DNA of 64,000 nucleotides from an uncultured Gemmatimonadales bacterium (GCA_963730185.1 CAVSQW010000008.1:128001-192000), one strand, 5' to 3'. Positions 1 to 9,616 are shown, counted from the stretch's first letter. Notes: generated by a model from the letters alone, not told the origin. Made by a program: numbers and translations.

Positions 1-353
1 CGATGTTGGGGTGCGGCTCGATCCAACGGGCGATCGCGTCGTCGAGCGAGAGCCCGCCCGACTCGGCCAGCCGGAGCACGAGGGCGCCGGTCATGGTCTT
101 GGTGATGCTCGCGATCGCCATCAGGTGCTCGGGGCGGAGAGCCTCCGCGCCCGCCTGGCCCGCGGTGCCCGACCACTGGGTGCCGTCGGCCAGAACGATC
201 GAGGCGCTGACCCCGTAGTGGCTCGACCCGCCGGCCCACCGATCGAGCGCCGCTTGGAACGCCGCCGGCCCCGCCGGCGCCACCGGGGGAGGCAGCGAAC
301 AGCCGGGGGAAGCAAGCCACGCCGAGGAGGAGCAGGTGTTGGGCTCGGGGCAT
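1..353 (-). CDS. Serine hydrolase, beta-lactamase family (N-terminal part, runs off the window; apparent frameshift near 305)
   Basis: Manual minus-strand translation gives ...EHLMAIASITKTMTGALVLRLAESGGLSLDD with an SxxK motif. ATG at 353 encodes a signal-like MPRAQHLLLLGVAC that joins this frame only if one base of the G5 run at 305-309 is removed. Confidence 0.7.
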   Translation of the reverse strand, partial: MPRAQHLLLLGVACFPRLFAASPGGAGGAGGVPSGARSVGRRVEPLRGQRLDRSGRRHPVVGHRGPGGRGGSPPRAPDGDREHHQDHDRRPRAPAGRVGRALARRRDRPLDRAAPQH

Positions 354-418
354 GGTGAACGATAATCGCCGGCCAGGGGGCCGGGGGATCAGGCCGGTGT
401 GAGGACGCCCGGTGGGCG

Positions 419-2446
419 TCAGTGCCCGTGGAGCCAGTCCCACTGTGCGGCGGCGCCCGCCACGGCCCGGTCAACGTCCTCGTCCAGCAGCATCCGGCGC
501 GCGACCAGGTCCCGGGCGACTCGCCGAGCCCGGTCCAGGTAAGCCGCTCGGCTGGGGTAGAGTGCCGCGAGGGTCGGGCGGGGATCGCCGGTCGCTCGTC
601 GCTCGGCCTCGGTCCGGGGGAGCGGCAGATAGGTGCCGAGAATCCGCACCAGCTCACCGGTGTCGCCCGGCAAGCCCTTCCGGAGATTCCACGGTAGATA
701 GGTGGCGAGTGGTGCCTCGAGCTCCATCGTCCGGATCCCGCCCAGCTCGTTGCCCAGGCTGTCGACCTGCGGGACCAGCGCGGGGTAGGGCTGGCCTACG
801 CCCGGGGGTTCGCGGTCGATGATGCCCTCGCTCCAGCGGGGCCCGAAGTCCAGCCGGTCGGCATGGTGCACCACCGCCGGCCGGCCGAGATCGGGGATGG
901 CGGGTAGCGCCAGGCGCTCGATCGGCACCAGGGTGCCGCGATCGATCCGCGGATAGGCGGAAGGCGGCGGCTCGGTCCCGTCCTTGACCCAGCCCAGGAG
1001 GCTCCCCAACAGGGCCCGGAGCGGAAGCCGGTAGTCGAGCGGATTCCCCCGATAGGCCCGCGAATCCGGCATCCGGCTGGACTCCGGCGGCGGGAAGGGG
1101 GCGCCCACGTGCTGGCCCCCGGCCAGGTGGTAGATCCGCTCGGTGGCCGGCGGGTCGACGTCGCGGGTGCCGTCGACCGAGGTGTGGATCAGCGACGCCG
1201 CCCGGCCCCAGTACTCGTAGCCGGTGTTGACCTGGAACACCTTCGGAAGGTCGGCCGGGTCGAATTGGTGGGCGTAGAGGCCGTCGGTGACGCCGGTGAC
1301 CGGATCGGTCTGGGTGACGCTCGAGAAGGGGAAGACGTCGGTCGGGTAGAAGAAGGTGTCGTAGCGGTGCGCGTCGCGCGACGGCTGCGCGAACCGGTGG
1401 TTGAAGCTGCCTCGGCCCCCGCCCGCGACGTGGATCAGGAGACCGTCGAAGACCTTCCGGCCTCGCTCGTCGGTGTTGAATCCCTGATAGACGAAGTGAC
1501 GGAGCAGCCGGCCGGTCTGCGAGATGCCGTAGCCGACCGCGTACCGGGCGTGGAACGGACTGGCCGGATCGTACTTGGCGGCGCTCATGGCGTCGCGGAT
1601 GGCCGCGAGGCCCAGTCCCGAGACCCGGGGGTTCGAGCTCCGGTACACCAGCTCGTAGATCTTCCCGGGCTCGAATCCGCCCGGGCGATAGATCCAGCGA
1701 GGGTCGTCGACCGGCCGGCCGTCCAGCTCCCGCGCGAAGCGCCAGGTCTCGCGCGGCACCACCCGCCGAGGCGCGTACCGGCCGTCGCGCACCGTCAGCA
1801 CGTTGTCCGGCGAGGCCGGATCGAGAACGGGATAGGCGACGTGGCTCCCGTGAGCGAGCGACAGCGCTCGGACGGGACCCGGGATGACCCAATCGGCGCG
1901 AACCAGACCCGTGATCGTTTGGCCATCCGGCTCCCGGGCGATCGGCGCGTCCAGGCCGAACCGGTCGGGATCGTCGGGCGGGACGTCGTACTGCCAGCCG
2001 ACCCAGACCATGGTGAGGCCCTGTCGGAGGAGCCACCCGTCGCCGAAGTCTTCGGGCTTGGAGGGGTGGGCCGCCATCGCCGCGAAGTCGAGGATGAACG
2101 GTGCGTAGCGGAGGCCCCGGTTCGAGACCTCGAAGAAAGCGATGTTGTCCTTCGACGGATGCTTGGGACGGAGGGCGGCGAAGTCGGCCCACGCCTCCAC
2201 TCGGCCGGCGGTGTTCCGGGGAGCCAGGGCAAGGTCGACGATCCGGCCGTTGTAGCGATTGGCGGGGTCGAAGGCGAAGAGGATGCGGCCCTCGATCAGC
2301 TCGTACGGTCCGGCCGCGCCGAAGGCCCGTCCCCCGAGCACGTCGGTGCGGTGGTGGATCTCGACTCGGACGACCTCGGCCGAGGCGGGTCGGGAAGCCG
2401 CAGCCGCGGCGAACAGGGCGAGCGCCAACACGCAGGGACGCGACAT
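419..2446 (-). CDS. Secreted alpha/beta-hydrolase domain protein
   Basis: Signal peptide MSRPCVLALALFAAAAAS; nucleophile-like GISQTGR; motifs GGGRGSFNHRFAQP and EYWGR. Start trimmed from the 419..3145 ORF. Confidence 0.8.
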   Translation of the reverse strand: MSRPCVLALALFAAAAASRPASAEVVRVEIHHRTDVLGGRAFGAAGPYELIEGRILFAFDPANRYNGRIVDLALAPRNTAGRVEAWADFAALRPKHPSKDNIAFFEVSNRGLRYAPFILDFAAMAAHPSKPEDFGDGWLLRQGLTMVWVGWQYDVPPDDPDRFGLDAPIAREPDGQTITGLVRADWVIPGPVRALSLAHGSHVAYPVLDPASPDNVLTVRDGRYAPRRVVPRETWRFARELDGRPVDDPRWIYRPGGFEPGKIYELVYRSSNPRVSGLGLAAIRDAMSAAKYDPASPFHARYAVGYGISQTGRLLRHFVYQGFNTDERGRKVFDGLLIHVAGGGRGSFNHRFAQPSRDAHRYDTFFYPTDVFPFSSVTQTDPVTGVTDGLYAHQFDPADLPKVFQVNTGYEYWGRAASLIHTSVDGTRDVDPPATERIYHLAGGQHVGAPFPPPESSRMPDSRAYRGNPLDYRLPLRALLGSLLGWVKDGTEPPPSAYPRIDRGTLVPIERLALPAIPDLGRPAVVHHADRLDFGPRWSEGIIDREPPGVGQPYPALVPQVDSLGNELGGIRTMELEAPLATYLPWNLRKGLPGDTGELVRILGTYLPLPRTEAERRATGDPRPTLAALYPSRAAYLDRARRVARDLVARRMLLDEDVDRAVAGAAAQWDWLHGH

Positions 2447-2575
2447 GGACGGCTCCGGAGGGAATCCAGGGAAGATAGCCTCCGCCCGGGCGCCGAGCTC
2501 GAGTGGCGGATCTCGGGACGAAACCACGTTGAGTGAGGGGGACCGACGCAGCTTCACCCCAATCCGGAGGCCCGC

Positions 2576-3037
2576 ATGCCCGCCCGCTCCCTCGCTCGCC
2601 TGACCCTCATCTCGGCCGCCGGCTGCCTGATCGCCGCCGCCTCCCCCCCGACCCGGCATCCGGGGGGCGATCCTCCCGGCCTCTCCGTCCGCTTCGAAGA
2701 GACGCCGTTCGGGTGCCGGGTCAGCGCGAAAGCCACCAACGGCGGGAGCTACCGGCTGGCGATTTCCCGCGACAGCCAGGTCAAGAGCGGCGCCGGGCAG
2801 ATCCTCGGGGTTTGGCGGAAGCTCGGTAAGTCGGTCTGGGTGAACCCCCACGGGTCGGCCCAATGGACCTACGACCTGGCGTTCGGCTGCAACATGAACC
2901 GGACCTACCGCTTCCAGGTCAAGAAGTTCGATGCCAACGACAAGCAGCTGGGCGACTACTGGTACTACTTCCCGTCGACCACCGGCGTCAGCCACGAGAC
3001 CGCGTTCTCGCTCGGCGATCTCAACCGGTTCTTCTGA
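2576..3037 (+). CDS. Hypothetical exported protein (2 Cys in the mature part, aromatic-rich)
   Basis: Signal-like N-terminus, GGAGG upstream, coding-like codon usage. Confidence 0.7.
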   Translation: MPARSLARLTLISAAGCLIAAASPPTRHPGGDPPGLSVRFEETPFGCRVSAKATNGGSYRLAISRDSQVKSGAGQILGVWRKLGKSVWVNPHGSAQWTYDLAFGCNMNRTYRFQVKKFDANDKQLGDYWYYFPSTTGVSHETAFSLGDLNRFF

Positions 3038-3101
3038 GGTCCCCCGGAGTGGCAGGGGCTGATTCCGGATCGGAGCGCGGCGCCGGAGTGGCTGGGGCGG
3101 C

Positions 3102-3130
3102 TTGCCGCGGCCGGTCCGTTCCGCTAGGTT
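3102..3130 (+). promoter_or_regulatory. Sigma70-like promoter (TTGCCG-17bp-TAGGTT) 8 nt upstream of the poly-Cys leader ORF
   Basis: -35 at 3102-3107, -10 at 3125-3130, 17-bp spacer. Confidence 0.55.
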
Positions 3131-3138
3131 CGCTGGCG

Positions 3139-3234
3139 ATGTCATTCACGGTCTGTATGGCTTGCTGTTGTTGCTGTTGTCGCCCGATGTGTTCGGGGGA
3201 CGGCGGCGCCACTGGGGCTACGGATCGAGGATAG
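3139..3234 (+). CDS. Poly-cysteine leader peptide MSFTVCMACCCCCCRPMCSGDGGATGATDRG (31 aa), putative attenuator uORF
   Basis: Six consecutive Cys codons (3163-3180), 8 Cys in total, directly upstream of a terminator and a sulfur/cysteine operon. Confidence 0.75.
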   Translation: MSFTVCMACCCCCCRPMCSGDGGATGATDRG

Positions 3235-3280
3235 ACGCCTGACGCGGGCCCGACGCCCGCCAGCATCCGAACCCACTCAG

Positions 3281-3318
3281 CGGCCGCGAGTCCCCACGAC
3301 TCGCGGCCGTTTCGCTTT
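3281..3318 (+). terminator. Intrinsic terminator/attenuator hairpin in the operon leader
   Basis: Perfect 12-bp stem CGGCCGCGAGTC (3281-3292) / GACTCGCGGCCG (3298-3309), 5-nt loop, followed by TTTCGCTTT. Confidence 0.7.
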
Positions 3319-3340
3319 CCGGACCGTGAAGGAATCGCTG

Positions 3341-4327
3341 ATGTCGAAGTCCCGAGCCGACTTGCCGATCGCCGTCTACTACGAGCACCCGGACTGGTTC
3401 CGGCCCCTCTTTGCCGAGCTCCACCGCCGGGGGCTGGCCTGGACGCCGATCGACGCCGGATCCCATTGGTACGACCCCACTGATCCGGAGCCGCCCTACT
3501 CACTGGTGGTGAACCGGGCCAGCCCGTCCGCGTATCTCCGCGGTCACGTGCAGTCCACCTTCCATACGCTCGACTGGCTCCGCTACCTCGACCGGGTCGG
3601 CGTGCCCGTCGTGAACGGTGCCCTGGCCTATGCGGTCGAGATCTCCAAGGCCCACCAGCTGGAGATCCTGGCCGAGCTCGGGATTCCGGCGCCCCGGGCC
3701 CGCGTCATCAACGACCCCGCCCGGGCCGTCGCGGCGGCGACCGGCCTTCGCTACCCGGTGATCGTGAAGGCCAACATCGGCGGGAGCGGCGCCGGTATCA
3801 CCCGCTTCGACACCGAGGCCTCACTGGCCGCGGCCGCCGCCGGTCTCGATCTGGGGATCGATCGAACCGCCCTGGTCCAGGAGCTGGCGCCACTCGGCGG
3901 TGGTCGGATCACCCGGGTCGAGGTGCTGGGCGGAAGGCTCCTCTACGCCATCAACGTCTACCCCTCCGGCGAGACCTTCAATCTCTGCCCGGCCGATCTC
4001 TGCCAGACCACCGACGGCCGGGCCCTGGAACGGACCTTCTGCGCGGTCGACGCGCCTCGGAGCGGGATGCGCGTCGAGCCGGCCGACCCGCCGGCCGAGA
4101 TCGTCGCCTGGGTGGAGCGGATCGCCGAGCGGGTGGGGCTCGACGTCGGGGGGATCGAGTATCTGATCGACGAGCGTGACGGGTTGCCCTACGTCTACGA
4201 CATCAACGCTCTCTCCAACTTTGTGGCCGACGCGCCTCAGGTGATCGGGTTCGATCCGTTTTCCCGGCTGGTGGACTACCTCGAGGCGCGGGCCGGTCGC
4301 CGGGTGCCCGCGGGAGCGGTCGCCTGA
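3341..4327 (+). CDS. RimK-like ATP-grasp ligase
   Basis: YPVIVKANIGGSGAGI, LVQE, VGGIEY and YDINALSNF motifs. Alternative GTG start at 3326. Confidence 0.8.
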   Translation: MSKSRADLPIAVYYEHPDWFRPLFAELHRRGLAWTPIDAGSHWYDPTDPEPPYSLVVNRASPSAYLRGHVQSTFHTLDWLRYLDRVGVPVVNGALAYAVEISKAHQLEILAELGIPAPRARVINDPARAVAAATGLRYPVIVKANIGGSGAGITRFDTEASLAAAAAGLDLGIDRTALVQELAPLGGGRITRVEVLGGRLLYAINVYPSGETFNLCPADLCQTTDGRALERTFCAVDAPRSGMRVEPADPPAEIVAWVERIAERVGLDVGGIEYLIDERDGLPYVYDINALSNFVADAPQVIGFDPFSRLVDYLEARAGRRVPAGAVA

Positions 4328-5412
4328 TGCGATACGGCTATTGGCTTCCGGTCTTCGGCGGCTGGCTCCGGAACGTGCCGGGAGAGGGCATGGAGGCGAC
4401 CTGGGACTACGTGAGCCGGTTGGCGCGCCGGAGCGAGGAGATCGGGTTCGACCTCACCTTGATCGCCGAGCTCTTTCTCAACGACATCAAGGGGATCGAA
4501 GCGCCCTCGCTGGATGCCTGGTCGACGGCGGCCGGGCTCGCGGCCGTGACCCATCGGCTGGAGCTCCTGGTGGCGGTCCGGCCGACGTTTCATAACCCGG
4601 CCATCTTGGCCAAGCAGGCCGCGGCGATCGACCGGATGTCGGGGGGGCGGGTGGCGCTCAACGTGGTGTCGTCCTGGTGGTCGGACGAGGCCCGGCGCTA
4701 TGGGGTCCAGTTCGATCGGCACGACGACCGGTACGCCCGGACCGCCGAATGGCTGGCGGTGGTCGACGGCGTCTGGCGGGAGCCGTCGTTCGACTTTGCC
4801 GGATCGTACTACCAGGTGAGCGCGACGGTGCTCGAGCCCAAGCCGGTCAGGCGTCCCCGGCCACCGATCTACGCCGGCGGCGAATCCGAGGCGGCCAAGC
4901 GGCTCATCGCGGCGACCTGCGACGCCTACGTGATGCACGGCGATGCCCCCGGCGTGATCGGGCCCAAGGTGGCCGATCTGGCCGCCCGCCGGGCCCGGAC
5001 CGGCTTGCCTCCGCTCGAGTTCGGGATGGCGGCCTATGCCGTCGTCCGGCCGACCGAGCGGGAGGCCCGGCGCGAGTTGGAGCGAATCACCAACGTCGCG
5101 CCCGGGTCGGCCGGGTACGCGAACTATCAGGACTGGATCGCCAACACCCAGCTCGAGAGTCGGGTCTCCCTCGAGGACTATTCGGTCTCGAATCGGGGGC
5201 TTCGGGCCGGCTTGGTCGGAACCCCGGAGCAGGTGGCCGACCGGATCGTCGCCTTCGCGGAGGCCGGGGTGGGGTTGCTCCTGCTCCAGTCCAGTCCGCA
5301 GGCCGAAGAGATGGAGCGATTCGCCGAGCAGGTGATGCCGCTGGTGGCGGAGCGGTTGGGACCGACCGCGTCGGTCACCGGCCTGCTCGCAGCGCCCGAC
5401 GGCCGCGGATAG
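4327..5412 (+). CDS. LLM-class flavin-dependent monooxygenase (SfnG/SsuD-like)
   Basis: YWLPVFGG, GFDLTLIAE, LDAWSTAA, SGGRVALNVVS, RYARTAEW and IYAGGES motifs; start overlaps the upstream stop. Confidence 0.88.
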   Translation: MRYGYWLPVFGGWLRNVPGEGMEATWDYVSRLARRSEEIGFDLTLIAELFLNDIKGIEAPSLDAWSTAAGLAAVTHRLELLVAVRPTFHNPAILAKQAAAIDRMSGGRVALNVVSSWWSDEARRYGVQFDRHDDRYARTAEWLAVVDGVWREPSFDFAGSYYQVSATVLEPKPVRRPRPPIYAGGESEAAKRLIAATCDAYVMHGDAPGVIGPKVADLAARRARTGLPPLEFGMAAYAVVRPTEREARRELERITNVAPGSAGYANYQDWIANTQLESRVSLEDYSVSNRGLRAGLVGTPEQVADRIVAFAEAGVGLLLLQSSPQAEEMERFAEQVMPLVAERLGPTASVTGLLAAPDGRG

Positions 5413-5466
5413 TTTTTTGCACCTGCGCGTCCCCCTGTCGCGTCAACCGAAAAGCGAGTGACTCCG

Positions 5467-6546
5467 ATGCCAGAATCCCGAACCACCGCCGGCCGAGGCC
5501 GCCTCTACGACAGCATCGTCGAGACGATCGGCGACACCCCCTGCATCCGCGTCAACCGCCTGGCCCCGGACCAGGTGTCGATCTACGTCAAAGCCGAGTT
5601 CTTCAACCCGGGCGGGTCGGTCAAGGACCGCCTGGCGATCAGCATCATCGAGGAGGCGGAGCGCCGGGGCGATCTGACGCCCGGCCAGACGGTGGTGGAG
5701 GCGACCAGCGGTAACACCGGGATCGGGCTCGCGATGGTCTGCGCGGCGAAGGGCTACCCGCTGGTGGTGACCATGGCCGACAGCTTCTCCATCGAGCGCC
5801 GCCGGCTGATGCGGTTCCTCGGCGCCAGGGTGATCCTGACGCCCCGCGCGGCCAAAGGCTACGGCATGTACGTCAAGGCCAAGGAGCTGGCCGACGCAAA
5901 TGGCTGGTTCCTGGCCCGCCAGTTCGAGACGCCCGACAACGCCCTGATCCACGAGCACACGACGGCCCGCGAGATCCTGGCCGATTTCGACGGCCGGCGG
6001 CTCGACTACTTCGTGACCGGCTACGGGACCGGCGGCACCTTTACCGGCGTGGCCAAGGTGCTCCGGAAGGATCGCCCCAAGACCAGGATCGTGCTGAGCG
6101 AGCCGGCCAATGCCCAGCTGATCGGCAGCGGGGTCGCCCAGGCCCGGGCGGCCGGGCATGCCCCGGCCGGATCACACCCGGCGTGGGAGCCGCATCCGAT
6201 TCAGGGGTGGACGCCCGACTTCATTCCCTACGTGATGCAGGACGCACTCGACCGGAAACATTATGACGAGGTCGTGCCGATCGCGGGACCTGTGGGGATG
6301 GAGTGGTCGCGCAAGCTGGCCCGCCAGGAGGGGATCTTCACCGGGATCTCGGGCGGCTCGACCTTCGCGGCGGCGCGACAGGTCGCGGAGCGAGCCGAGC
6401 CCGGGTCGGTCGTGCTCTGTATGCTGCCCGACACCGGCGAGCGCTACCTGTCGTCACCGCTGTTCGAGGGCATTCCGGAGGGAATGACCGACGAGGAGCG
6501 GGCGTTGTCGCTCTCGACGCCGGGTTTTCACATGGACCCGGCTTAA
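5467..6546 (+). CDS. cysK: Cysteine synthase (O-acetylserine sulfhydrylase), PLP-dependent
   Basis: FNPGGSVKDR (PLP Lys), EATSGNTGIG, GYGTGGT, HPIQG and PDTGERYLS. Confidence 0.9.
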   Translation: MPESRTTAGRGRLYDSIVETIGDTPCIRVNRLAPDQVSIYVKAEFFNPGGSVKDRLAISIIEEAERRGDLTPGQTVVEATSGNTGIGLAMVCAAKGYPLVVTMADSFSIERRRLMRFLGARVILTPRAAKGYGMYVKAKELADANGWFLARQFETPDNALIHEHTTAREILADFDGRRLDYFVTGYGTGGTFTGVAKVLRKDRPKTRIVLSEPANAQLIGSGVAQARAAGHAPAGSHPAWEPHPIQGWTPDFIPYVMQDALDRKHYDEVVPIAGPVGMEWSRKLARQEGIFTGISGGSTFAAARQVAERAEPGSVVLCMLPDTGERYLSSPLFEGIPEGMTDEERALSLSTPGFHMDPA

Positions 6547-6691
6547 CCAAGTCGGCTCGGTCCAACCTCGAGATCCCGTCCCGCCGCCGTCGCCCAGCCT
6601 GAAACGCGTACTGGCGACGATCCCACCACTGGTCCCACCAGCGAGGCGTTGCGGTATCGCCACCTGACCCCTCGAAGGGGCCAGGTGGTGG

Positions 6692-7051
6692 TTACCGGCT
6701 GAATCCCGCGGCCGGCTCCAGGTAGGTGGGGCCCAAGCCCGCGAGCGCCGCCTTGATCTCGGCGTTGGGCGAGCCGTAGACGGAGCAGCCGGTCGGCTCC
6801 AGCACCGCCATGAACCGCTCGGCGTACCTCGCGCCGAAGGTGCCGATGTGGATCATCGCCGCCGCGGAGTCGGTGTAGCGCTCGTAGAGATGGCAGACCT
6901 TCCCATCCGGGCTCAGGTTCCACTCGTAGGCGATGGTGCCGGGCTCGTTCGCCTCGGTGGCGGCGACCATCTCCGCCATCAGGGCCCGGAAGGTGTCTCC
7001 CTGACCCTCCCGCACGTTGAGGTCCAGCCGCCAGGCCACGTTGCCGTTCAT
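6692..7051 (-). CDS. Antibiotic biosynthesis monooxygenase (ABM)/putative quinol monooxygenase
   Basis: EPGTIAYEW and LYERYTDSAA..H dimeric alpha-beta barrel pattern. Confidence 0.82.
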   Translation of the reverse strand: MNGNVAWRLDLNVREGQGDTFRALMAEMVAATEANEPGTIAYEWNLSPDGKVCHLYERYTDSAAAMIHIGTFGARYAERFMAVLEPTGCSVYGSPNAEIKAALAGLGPTYLEPAAGFSR

Positions 7052-7205
7052 GATGCTCTCGGGTCAGGGTCTCGGTGGGTACGGGGTCGGGGTATCCGGC
7101 CTCGGAGCGAGTGAAGGTACCACCCCGAGTCCGAAGAGCAACGGTCAGGCGGGGAGCCATTCCTCTACCTCGCTGGGAGTCGGGATCGGCGCTAGCTTCC
7201 GCACC

Positions 7206-8123
7206 ATGCCCAGACTCCATGGAAGCACCGGTCTGGCGGCCCTCGCGGCCGCCTCCCTCCTCCTCGCGGTAAGCGCCGTCCCGGACGCCTCCGCCCAAGA
7301 ACCGGCCCGGCCGCGCCCCGGCCAGCCGGTCATGCTGGTGACCGGCGCAACCAGCGGCCTGGGCCGCGAGGTGGCGCTCCGGCTCGCGGCCACAGGCGCC
7401 TTCGTGATCGTTCACGGCCGCGACTCGGCCCGCGGCGCCGAGGTGGTGTCCGAGATCGAGCAGGCGGGGAAGGGCGGGGCTCGGTTCTACGCGGCCGATT
7501 TCGCCACCAACGCGGGTGTTCGCCAGTTGGCCGACGACGTTCTTCGCGACTTCTCGCGGCTGGACGTCCTGGTGAACAACGCCGGCGTCGGCTCGGTGCC
7601 GGCCGACCGGGCCCTGACCGACAACGGGGTCGAGTACCGGATGCAGGTGAACTACCTCTCGGGGTTCCTGCTCACCCGCCTGCTCATGCCGAGGCTCCTG
7701 GCCAGCACTCCATCGCGGGTGGTCAACGTCTCGTCGCTCTCGGCCAGCCCGGTCGACTTCGACGACCCGATGATGGCCAATGGGTTCAGCCCGATGCGGG
7801 CCTACGGGCAGAGCAAGCTGTGCCAGGTAATGTTCACCTTCGACCTGGCGGCCGAGCTCGAAGGGAAGGGCGTCACCGTCAACGCCCTGCACCCGGCCAC
7901 CCTGATGCCGACCGGAATGGTGGCCAGGGCCGGATACAAGCCGCAATCGACCATCGACGAGGGCGCCAAGGCCGTGCTGCATCTGGTGCTCGACCCGGAC
8001 GTCGGTACGGGCCAGTTCTTCATCGGCCTCGAGCCGGGGAAGGCCAATGCCCAGGCCTACGACCCCGACGCCCGGGCTCGGCTCAAGGCCCTGAGCGAGC
8101 GGCTCGTCGCCGAGCGCGAGTGA
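7206..8123 (+). CDS. SDR family NAD(P)-dependent oxidoreductase with a signal-like N-terminus
   Basis: TGATSGLG, NNAG and YGQSK motifs. Confidence 0.88.
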   Translation: MPRLHGSTGLAALAAASLLLAVSAVPDASAQEPARPRPGQPVMLVTGATSGLGREVALRLAATGAFVIVHGRDSARGAEVVSEIEQAGKGGARFYAADFATNAGVRQLADDVLRDFSRLDVLVNNAGVGSVPADRALTDNGVEYRMQVNYLSGFLLTRLLMPRLLASTPSRVVNVSSLSASPVDFDDPMMANGFSPMRAYGQSKLCQVMFTFDLAAELEGKGVTVNALHPATLMPTGMVARAGYKPQSTIDEGAKAVLHLVLDPDVGTGQFFIGLEPGKANAQAYDPDARARLKALSERLVAERE

Positions 8124-8134
8124 TCCCGAACCGA

Positions 8135-9616
8135 ATGGCGTCCCACGGAGCGAGCCCTCACCTGACCACCGCGACTCGCGCGCTCGGCGGTTGGGCTCTG
8201 CTCTCCCTCTGGGCGGCGGCGGCGCTCCCGGCCCAGCGGCCCGCCTCGTTCTCGGCCGAGGTCCGCCAGTTCATCGTGGTGGACGAACCGGTGCTCGCGC
8301 TCCGGGGCGTCCGGGTGATCGATGGCACCGGCGCCCAGCCTCGGGACGGTCAGACCATCCTGCTCGAAAACGGCCGGATCCGCGCGGTCGGCGCCACCGG
8401 CCAGGTGACCATCCCCGCCGGTGCCCGGGTGCTCGACCTGGCCGGGCACACCGTCATTCCCGGTTTGGTGGGCGTGCACGACCACATGTTCTACACGACG
8501 CCGCAGGGCACCACGATCCAGATGCCCTTTTCGGCGCCGCGCCTCTATCTCGCCAGCGGAGTCACCACGGTCCGCACGGCCGGGAGCTTCTCGACCTACG
8601 CGGAGCTCAACCTCAAGGCGAGCATCGAGCGGGGTGATGTCCCCGGGCCGCGGATGCACATCACGGCGCCGTACCTGATCTCCCCCGGGCCGAACGCCGG
8701 CTTGAGCGCGATGGGCATGCAGGAGGTCGAGACCCCGGAGGCGGCCCGCCGGACCGTGGCCTACTGGGCGGCGGAAGGGGCGGAGTGGATCAAGGGGTAC
8801 ACTCAGTTGTCGCGGGCGGTCTTCAAGGCGGCGATCGAGGAGGCCCACGCCCACGGCATGAAGGCGACCGGCCACCTCTGCTCCATCAGCTTCACCGAAG
8901 CCGTCGAGCTCGGCATCGACAACATCGAGCACGGTTTCCGGACCAACTCGGACTACGACGCGGGGAAGCAGCCGGACGTCTGTCCCGCCAATCACTTCGC
9001 CCAGCTCGCCCAGCTCGACATGAAGGATCCCCGGATCGCGGAGACGTTCCGGGTGATGATCGCCCATGGGGTGGGGATGAACACCACCACGGTCAACGAG
9101 GAGCTGGCGCCGGGGCGGCCTGGCCCCGACGCCCGGACCCTCGCCGCGATGGCGCCGTGGATCGGCGAGCGCGAGCTCCAGCGCCGGGCCTGGCTCGACG
9201 CGGGGAAGAAGGAAGGCGAGACCTATCCCCACATGGGCGAGATCTATCCCAAGTCGCGGCAGTACGAGCTGGCGTTCGTGCGGGCCGGCGGTCTGCTGGC
9301 GGCCGGCGTCGATCCGGCGTTCGGGACGCTGCCCGGGTTCGGCGACCAGCGGAATCTGGAGCTCCTGGTCGAGGCCGGGTTCACGGTGCCGGAGGCGGTC
9401 CAGATCATCACCGCCAACGGGGCCAAGGTGCTCGGCGTCCTGGACCAGCGCGGCACCGTCGAGGCCGGCAAGCTCGCCGACCTGGTCGTGATCCCGGGTG
9501 ACCTGATGACCGACCCGACCGCGATCCGGCGGACCGTGACGGTATTCAAGGATGGCGTCGGCTACGATTCCGCCAAGCTGATCGCGGCGGTCAAGGGCCA
9601 AGTGGGGATCCAGTAG
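8135..9616 (+). CDS. Exported amidohydrolase family protein
   Basis: PGLVGVHDH, GVTTVR, IEHG and GKLADLVV motifs; signal peptide. Confidence 0.88.
   Translation: MASHGASPHLTTATRALGGWALLSLWAAAALPAQRPASFSAEVRQFIVVDEPVLALRGVRVIDGTGAQPRDGQTILLENGRIRAVGATGQVTIPAGARVLDLAGHTVIPGLVGVHDHMFYTTPQGTTIQMPFSAPRLYLASGVTTVRTAGSFSTYAELNLKASIERGDVPGPRMHITAPYLISPGPNAGLSAMGMQEVETPEAARRTVAYWAAEGAEWIKGYTQLSRAVFKAAIEEAHAHGMKATGHLCSISFTEAVELGIDNIEHGFRTNSDYDAGKQPDVCPANHFAQLAQLDMKDPRIAETFRVMIAHGVGMNTTTVNEELAPGRPGPDARTLAAMAPWIGERELQRRAWLDAGKKEGETYPHMGEIYPKSRQYELAFVRAGGLLAAGVDPAFGTLPGFGDQRNLELLVEAGFTVPEAVQIITANGAKVLGVLDQRGTVEAGKLADLVVIPGDLMTDPTAIRRTVTVFKDGVGYDSAKLIAAVKGQVGIQ

Noticed and set aside
3139..3234. Metallothionein or graspetide precursor as the primary interpretation
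   Set aside because: Contiguous Cys codons, the downstream terminator and the cysK context fit attenuation better, and no graspetide-like core is evident. Kept only as an alternative.
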